NCBI RefSeq assembly: GCF_000142905.1
Contig: NW_013657656.1
Span: forward strand, 52,327-116,326
Direction of reading: 5' to 3'
Origin: Thecamonas trahens ATCC 50062
Taxonomy: Eukaryota > Protista > Apusomonadida
Length of the DNA stretch: 64,000 nucleotides
Every line of letters begins with the position of its first letter. Positions within the stretch are counted from its first letter, which is position 1. This document shows positions 58,785 to 64,000 of the stretch, one piece after another. The notes beneath the pieces are model-generated. The model was not told the DNA's origin. It was given only the letters and a program-made list of their open reading frames with translations, and searched no databases. The position numbers and the translations under genes are program-made.

Positions 58785-61700
58785 TTAGAGGAGGGCGGCA
58801 AAGGGGTTGTTGGAGATGGCGGCGTCCTTGCCAACCTTGGGCTTGGCGGCCTCGGCCGCGGCGGCCTTGGCGGCCTTGGCAGCCTTGGCGGCGGCACGGT
58901 CCTCGGGCGGAGTGGCCGAGGCCGGCGGGCGCGAGAGGTTGACGAGCCAAGAGGTGGAGACAGTGACGCCGCGGAGGGTGGCGAGGCGGCCTGAGAGGGT
59001 TGAGCCGGTAATGATGGGCCGGTCGAGGACAAGCTCTGCGGTGGTGCCGCGGAGCGTGACGATGTAGCCACAGGTGCCAAACGGGATGGGGCCGGCGGGG
59101 CGGACGGAGCGGACGCGATCGCCGATGTAGAACTTGGTGGGGAGGGCGGCTGGCGTGGTGACCCGAGAGATGGTGTGAACATTGACGAGGTGCGTGGCTG
59201 GGACCGCCTTGACCAGCTTGGGCTTGGACGGCTTGGCGGCGGCTTGTGCGGCGGCGTCGAGCTCGTCCTCGAGGGCGGCGATGGCAGACGCCGAGAGGGA
59301 GGCCATGTCGTCGGGAACGAGCGGGAGCGAGGCGACCTCGAGTTCAGAGAGCCACTTGATGAGGCGACGGAGGTGCATCATCGGCTTTTGCGAGCCAAAG
59401 AGGGCCGAGACCTTGTACGAGCGCTCATTGGGTGCGCGCGAGAGGGCGTTGACAAAGGTGGGGAAGCGGGCCTTGAGGGTCTTGAGCAGGCCGAGCGTCT
59501 TGGTGGAGAACTCCCAGATCTGCCGGGCGGTGCCGCCAGCAGAGCGGATGGTGCGGCGGCGGGCGTAGCCGACGATGCGGAGACCGCGACCGGAGAACTT
59601 GACGCCGAGGCCGATGTGGATGGTGGCCGGGCCGGGGACTGAGACGGTGACGGCGCCGGTGATGCGGGCGACGGCCAGCTGCGACATGCCGACCTCGCGG
59701 GCGGCGTCGTTGGTGGAGACATAGCGCTCGGAGCGCGAGGCCTTGACGACAGGGGTGAGGTCGATGTCGAGGTCAAGCGGCGGGGTGACGGCAACGTTGA
59801 GCTTGTAAGAGGCCGGGCCCGAGGCGGACGGGCCGTCGTTGTCGTCAGCCTCGCCCTTGCCCTTGGAGGACGAGGCGACTTCGAGGACGGTGCCGACGCC
59901 GCCAAAGTGGACGCCACCGACGACGGCGACAGCGGCGCCGCGGGCGTAGAGCTGAGTGAGCGGAACTGGCTTGGGCACGTAGCGGGTGTCCGGCGCAGGA
60001 ACGGTGCGGACGGCGAGCTGCAGCGGAAGGAGGAGCTCCAGACCGGTCTTGGGGTCAGGGCCAAAGTCCTTGGTCACCGAGCCGTCGGCGTGGAGCACAA
60101 GGCGGTGAAGAACAGTGACGTGGAAGACGTAGCGGATGTCGCGGAGCTTGATGCCGTGGTGGATGAGGTAGTCGTTGTCGAGTCGGGCCACTGTCTCGTC
60201 CCAGTCGTGGACGACATCCTCGAGGACAATGCCATCATCGGCGCCAGTACCCGGGTAGTAGTACATGGAAGGGGTGGAGAGCGCCACGACGCGAGCCTCG
60301 ACCAGGTACGGCCAGTTGGCGTACACGGTCTGGCCGAGGTATTTTTCGGCGAGGTAGCGAGCCGATGGGATCGAGGCGAGCGCCGACTCGTCGGGGAGGA
60401 TGATGAGCGAGTCCTCGCGCGACGGGCCGGCGACGGTCTGGACGCCAACTGAGCGGACGGTGTACAGGTAGCGGACGGTGGCAAACGAGGGGAAGCCCGG
60501 GACTGGCGCGGCCGGCGGCGGGCGCGCGCCGGCGCAGAGCTTGGGGGTGAACGGGGCGGCGAGACGAGGCGTGGTGTACGGCACGATGGCGACGGGCGCG
60601 TTGGTGAGGGCCGGTAGGACGGCGAGCTCGCCCGGCGGGCTCAGCTGGGTCTTGTTCGACGGGTTGTAGTGAATGAGGAAGGCAGTGCCAGGCGTGTTGC
60701 GGGCGAGCTCGCTCGGCGAGCATTGGGCGAGGCGGGCGGCGACCTCGGTGGAGAGAGCGGTCTGGTCCACAAACGGAATGAGAGCAATGTCCTTCCAGCT
60801 CCTGCCGGACTCGTCGGGGATGAACCCGTAGTCGGCGGGGAAGTAGGGCGCGAGCGGCGAGTCGGGCGCGGTCATGAGCTCGGCGAGCGGAGGAGGGAGG
60901 AGCGAGGCCGAGTAGTGCGGGAGAACGGCCATGAGCTGCTCAAACGGCGAAAACGGAGTGGCGGTAGTGTCGTACGCCACGACGGCGTCGCGGATGGAGC
61001 CAAGGTCGGCGAGAAGCGGCGCGCAGTAGTAGCCGTAAAACCACGACCACGAGAGCACGCCCTGGTAGTAGTACGACAGGTTCCAGGCGAGGCCCTGGAT
61101 GTACTGCGAGACGACGTCGTGAACATAGTCCTCTGGCGCAGCAGGCGCCATGTGCGGGAACTTTTCGTCGTACCACCACGCGGCTTTTTGCGCTGGCGTG
61201 AGCGAGTTGGCCGAGACCGCTGCCAGCTGCGGCTCGGTCGGCTCGGGCGCCTTGCGCTTGCGCCGCGTCCGCTTGCCGGGCTCAAGCAAGGTCTCCGGCT
61301 GGACGCCGAGGAGGTGGGCCATCGAGAGCAGGTAGTCAGGTGCGGCGTCGGCGGCGTCGTCGGCAGCGGCGGCGTCGTCGTCGTCGTCATTGTTGTCTGT
61401 CTCGGCTGGCGGAGGCGGTGTGGGCGTGTTGGCGGCCGGATCGAGTTCTGCTGACTCGACCGGTGACTGGCCTGCCGCCTGCTGGTCAGTAGAAACACTG
61501 CCGGGCGGCGGGGCCCAGGCCGAGGGGGCGGGCGGCGCCGGCGAGGGGGAGGCGCCGACATTGAGCATTTGCTTGAGCGCGTCGGTAGCAGCAGCGTCAG
61601 CATCTGCAGCAGCAGCCGGGGGCGCCACGGGTGGGTCGACGAGCTCGCCTGGGTGACGGGCGCGCATGACACGGGCCTCGCGCTCACGAAGGGCGTCAAA

Positions 61701-62946
61701 GAGCGCCTGAAGGGCGAGCGGGTTGATGACACAGGCGCCAGCGTCGACAAGCCAGTCAGACCAGGTGGGGAGGAGCTTCTTGTATGTGTCAAAGACAACC
61801 TTGAGGCCGCCCTTGTCGATGTCCATGAGCGGGAGCGGCGGCAGAAAATCGTTGCCGATGAAGAAGCACATAAAGACAAAGTCGTCGAGCAGGCGCTCGA
61901 TGTCCCAGGCAAAGGCTAGCGGCGCGCGCGGCTTGAACTCGTTAATAAGGTACTCGCGGAGGATGGCAAGGTGGAGCATCTCAAAGTCGTCGGTTTGCTG
62001 GACAGCGATGGCAGAGCGCTCGTTGAGGACGCGCGACTGGCCAAAGACCACCTTTTCGCGGACAAGGGTGAAGAGCGGTTCATGGGTGGCGAGGCCAAGC
62101 ATGATGAGGTCAGCATCGAGGCCGTGGAGGCAATGCGAGGTGTTGGGGTCGTAGCCAGGTGCCGACTTTGCGGCGCGGATAAAGTCCATGATCTTGTGCT
62201 CGCCCTCGCCTGGCACGTCGGGCCCCGAGACAATGACGGAGATGGCCTGCCACTCGGCGTCGGTCGCCACCTTGTGGGCCACAAAGTACTTGAGCTGGTC
62301 GACAAGCGCCGCCATGAACTGAGTGCCCGGCGTGATGCAGTTGGAGTCAAAGACGTTGGCGGCGGCGGCGTCATCGTCGTCATCCTCGCCGCTCTCGTCG
62401 TCGCTCTCATCGTCCGACTCGGAGAGCGAGGCAGCGGCGTCAGGCCCTGCACCGGGCTCGGCGGCAACCGCCTTGCGCGCGGCGCGTGCGGCAGCCTTGG
62501 CCTCCTTGGCCGCCTTGAGGCCGGCCTCGGTGGCCGCGGCGGCCTTGAACCGGCGCTGGCGCTGCTGGTTGACCTTGGCGCGCGGCGCGACACCATCGAC
62601 AGCAATGAACAGCAGACGCTGCGGGCCGACAACAGAGAAGACTCGCTCGATGTAGCCAAAGACAGCAGCGGCGATGGTGACCGGGTCCTTCTTGTACGAC
62701 ACAGCCTCGTCGTTGGAGTGGGTAGCGTTGTGCAGCACTCCATTGAGATCCATATACAGATTGTGAAAGACAGGCGGCGGGAGCGTGTTGGCCTTCCGGT
62801 TGATCTCCGGATAGCGCTCCGAGATGAAGCGGAACAGTTTAGGGATCTGCGGGGAGAGGGGGGCGGGGAGGGAGGGGAGGGGTGAGTGGGTGATGCATGA
62901 GAGGGGGGGGGGGGAGGAGGTGCTGCCCGTTGTCACGTACTCCCAT
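58785..62946 (-). CDS. XRN1: 5'-3' exoribonuclease XRN1; exons 62941-62946 and 58785-62846
   Basis: ATGGGA|GTACGT..GCAG|ATCCCT gives MGIPKLFRFISERYP; NLYMDLNGVLH, AVDGVAPRAKVNQQRQRRF, FDSNCITPGTQFM, PGEGEHKIMDFIR, HGLDADLIMLGL, GNDFLP; XRN1-specific C-terminal domains (YANWPYLVEA, IGLGVKF, FYIGDRV..PFG). Confidence 0.96.
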
Positions 62947-63141
62947 GGTGGTATGGGCTGGGTCCGGAGAGCGGTTAGAGTTGTGCGACGGTGTGTGGTG
63001 TGACGGGGATTCACAAACGCGAGGAGGGAGGAGTGGTGGGTATGGGTGCGTGCGAGTGAGTCTGGTGAGGACGGGTGCAGGCGCCTGGGCAGCGGCAAGG
63101 TGGTCGTCATCGAGGAGGAAGGAACTAACTCGGGATTTGTT

Positions 63142-63224
63142 TTGACGACCTTTTGGCGGAACTTGACGACCTTTTGGTGGAACTTGACGACCTTTTGGTG
63201 GAACTTGACGACCTTTTGGTGGAA
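63142..63224. repeat. 21-bp tandem array (4 copies) in the divergent XRN1/Rab intergenic region
   Basis: TTGACGACCTTTTGGTGGAAC at 63142, 63163, 63184, 63205. Confidence 0.97.
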
Positions 63225-63363
63225 GGAGGGCAGTGAGCGCGCGGGTGGCGAGCTGTCGGGACCGAGGCTCAAGCGCGGACCACGCATTGCGTCGCACCGC
63301 ACTCTTGTAGAAGCGAGAGACCAGGAAGGAAGGTTGGCGAGGAAGCGAGCAGAGGCGGAAGCA

Positions 63364-63993
63364 ATGGCTGACAACGGGCCGCCCAAGGTCAAGGTGCTTA
63401 TTATTGGCGCGTCGGGAGTGGGCAAGACGTGCCTGCTGACGCGGTTCTGCGACGAAGTCACACCGTCGTCGACCATCTCCACCATCGGCATCGATTTTAA
63501 GACCAAGGTGGTGAAGGTTGACGGGACAGCCATGCGGCTGCTGGTATACGATACGGCCGGACAGGAAAAGTACCGCACCATCACCTCGTCGTTCTATCGC
63601 GGCTCGGCCGGGGTGGTCCTCGTCTACGACGTGACAGACGAGGCCTCGTTCCACTCCATCTCGGAGCTGTGGATGCCGCGGCTGGAAGAGCTCTCGGGCA
63701 AGAACGTGTCCAAGGTCTTGGTCGGCAACAAAATCGACAAGGAGGCGGCGCGGACGGTGCCGACTCGGCTGGGCGAGGGCCTGGCCGACGAGTTTGGCAT
63801 CCCGTTCTTCGAGACGTCGGCCATGACCGGCGACGGCGTCGAGAACGCCTTCCTGCACCTCGCGGCCGCCATCAAGGCCCGAGTCCTCGATCCTGTCGCC
63901 GAGCAGCGTGCCACCGCCGACGATCCTGCAGTCATCCTCACCGGCATTGCTGGGGATTCCGGTGGACGGCCCCAGAAGTCTGGCTGCTGCTGA
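63364..63993 (+). CDS. Rab GTPase, Rab1/Rab8-like
   Basis: GASGVGKT, STIGIDFK, DTAGQEKYRTITSSFYRG, GNKID, ETSA, C-terminal GCC prenylation motif. Confidence 0.93.
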   Translation: MADNGPPKVKVLIIGASGVGKTCLLTRFCDEVTPSSTISTIGIDFKTKVVKVDGTAMRLLVYDTAGQEKYRTITSSFYRGSAGVVLVYDVTDEASFHSISELWMPRLEELSGKNVSKVLVGNKIDKEAARTVPTRLGEGLADEFGIPFFETSAMTGDGVENAFLHLAAAIKARVLDPVAEQRATADDPAVILTGIAGDSGGRPQKSGCC

Positions 63994-64000
63994 TCCCCCC

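Noticed and set aside
62947-63584. N-terminal extension of XRN1 (1599-aa ORF) and of Rab (315-aa ORF)
   Set aside because: These read through the promoter repeats and antisense of the neighbour; conserved N-termini define the starts at 62946 and 63364.
1-64000. tRNA, rRNA, transposon or viral genes
   Set aside because: No cloverleaf, rRNA, transposase, integrase, RT or capsid signatures were recognised by eye; a covariance-model scan was not possible.

Overview
This is a gene-dense, GC-rich, intron-poor eukaryotic nuclear window, not prokaryotic. Axonemal-type dynein, CDC20, NUP35, Rab, BEACH and spliceosomal GT-AG introns point to a flagellated protist; an apusomonad such as Thecamonas is my inference from style and gene content, not something the sequence proves. 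I can support about 21 protein-coding genes: an LRR protein, a bacterial-type thiamine pyrophosphokinase, an MpaB/DUF2236-like oxygenase, a STE20 kinase, a ~4600-aa dynein heavy chain with degenerate AAA motifs, a UBX/FAF2 protein, mitochondrial TyrRS, a NEK-like pseudokinase, a coiled-coil protein with a C-terminal GAR domain, CDC20, a small 3-TM protein resembling the CatSper subunit eta (TMEM262), two paralogous 4-TM proteins flanking a THUMP methyltransferase, NUP35, a RhoGAP-like/vinculin-like helical protein, a LYST/LvsB-type BEACH protein with an apparent RGS domain, XRN1 and a Rab1/Rab8-like GTPase. Several genes are split by single-base frameshifts at homopolymers, probably sequencing errors. 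Tandem-repeat arrays, several with a 21-bp period, sit in the head-to-head intergenic regions. There are two assembly gaps. I found no rRNA, tRNA, CRISPR or transposon. All family assignments come from motif recognition and remembered sequences; no searches were run.
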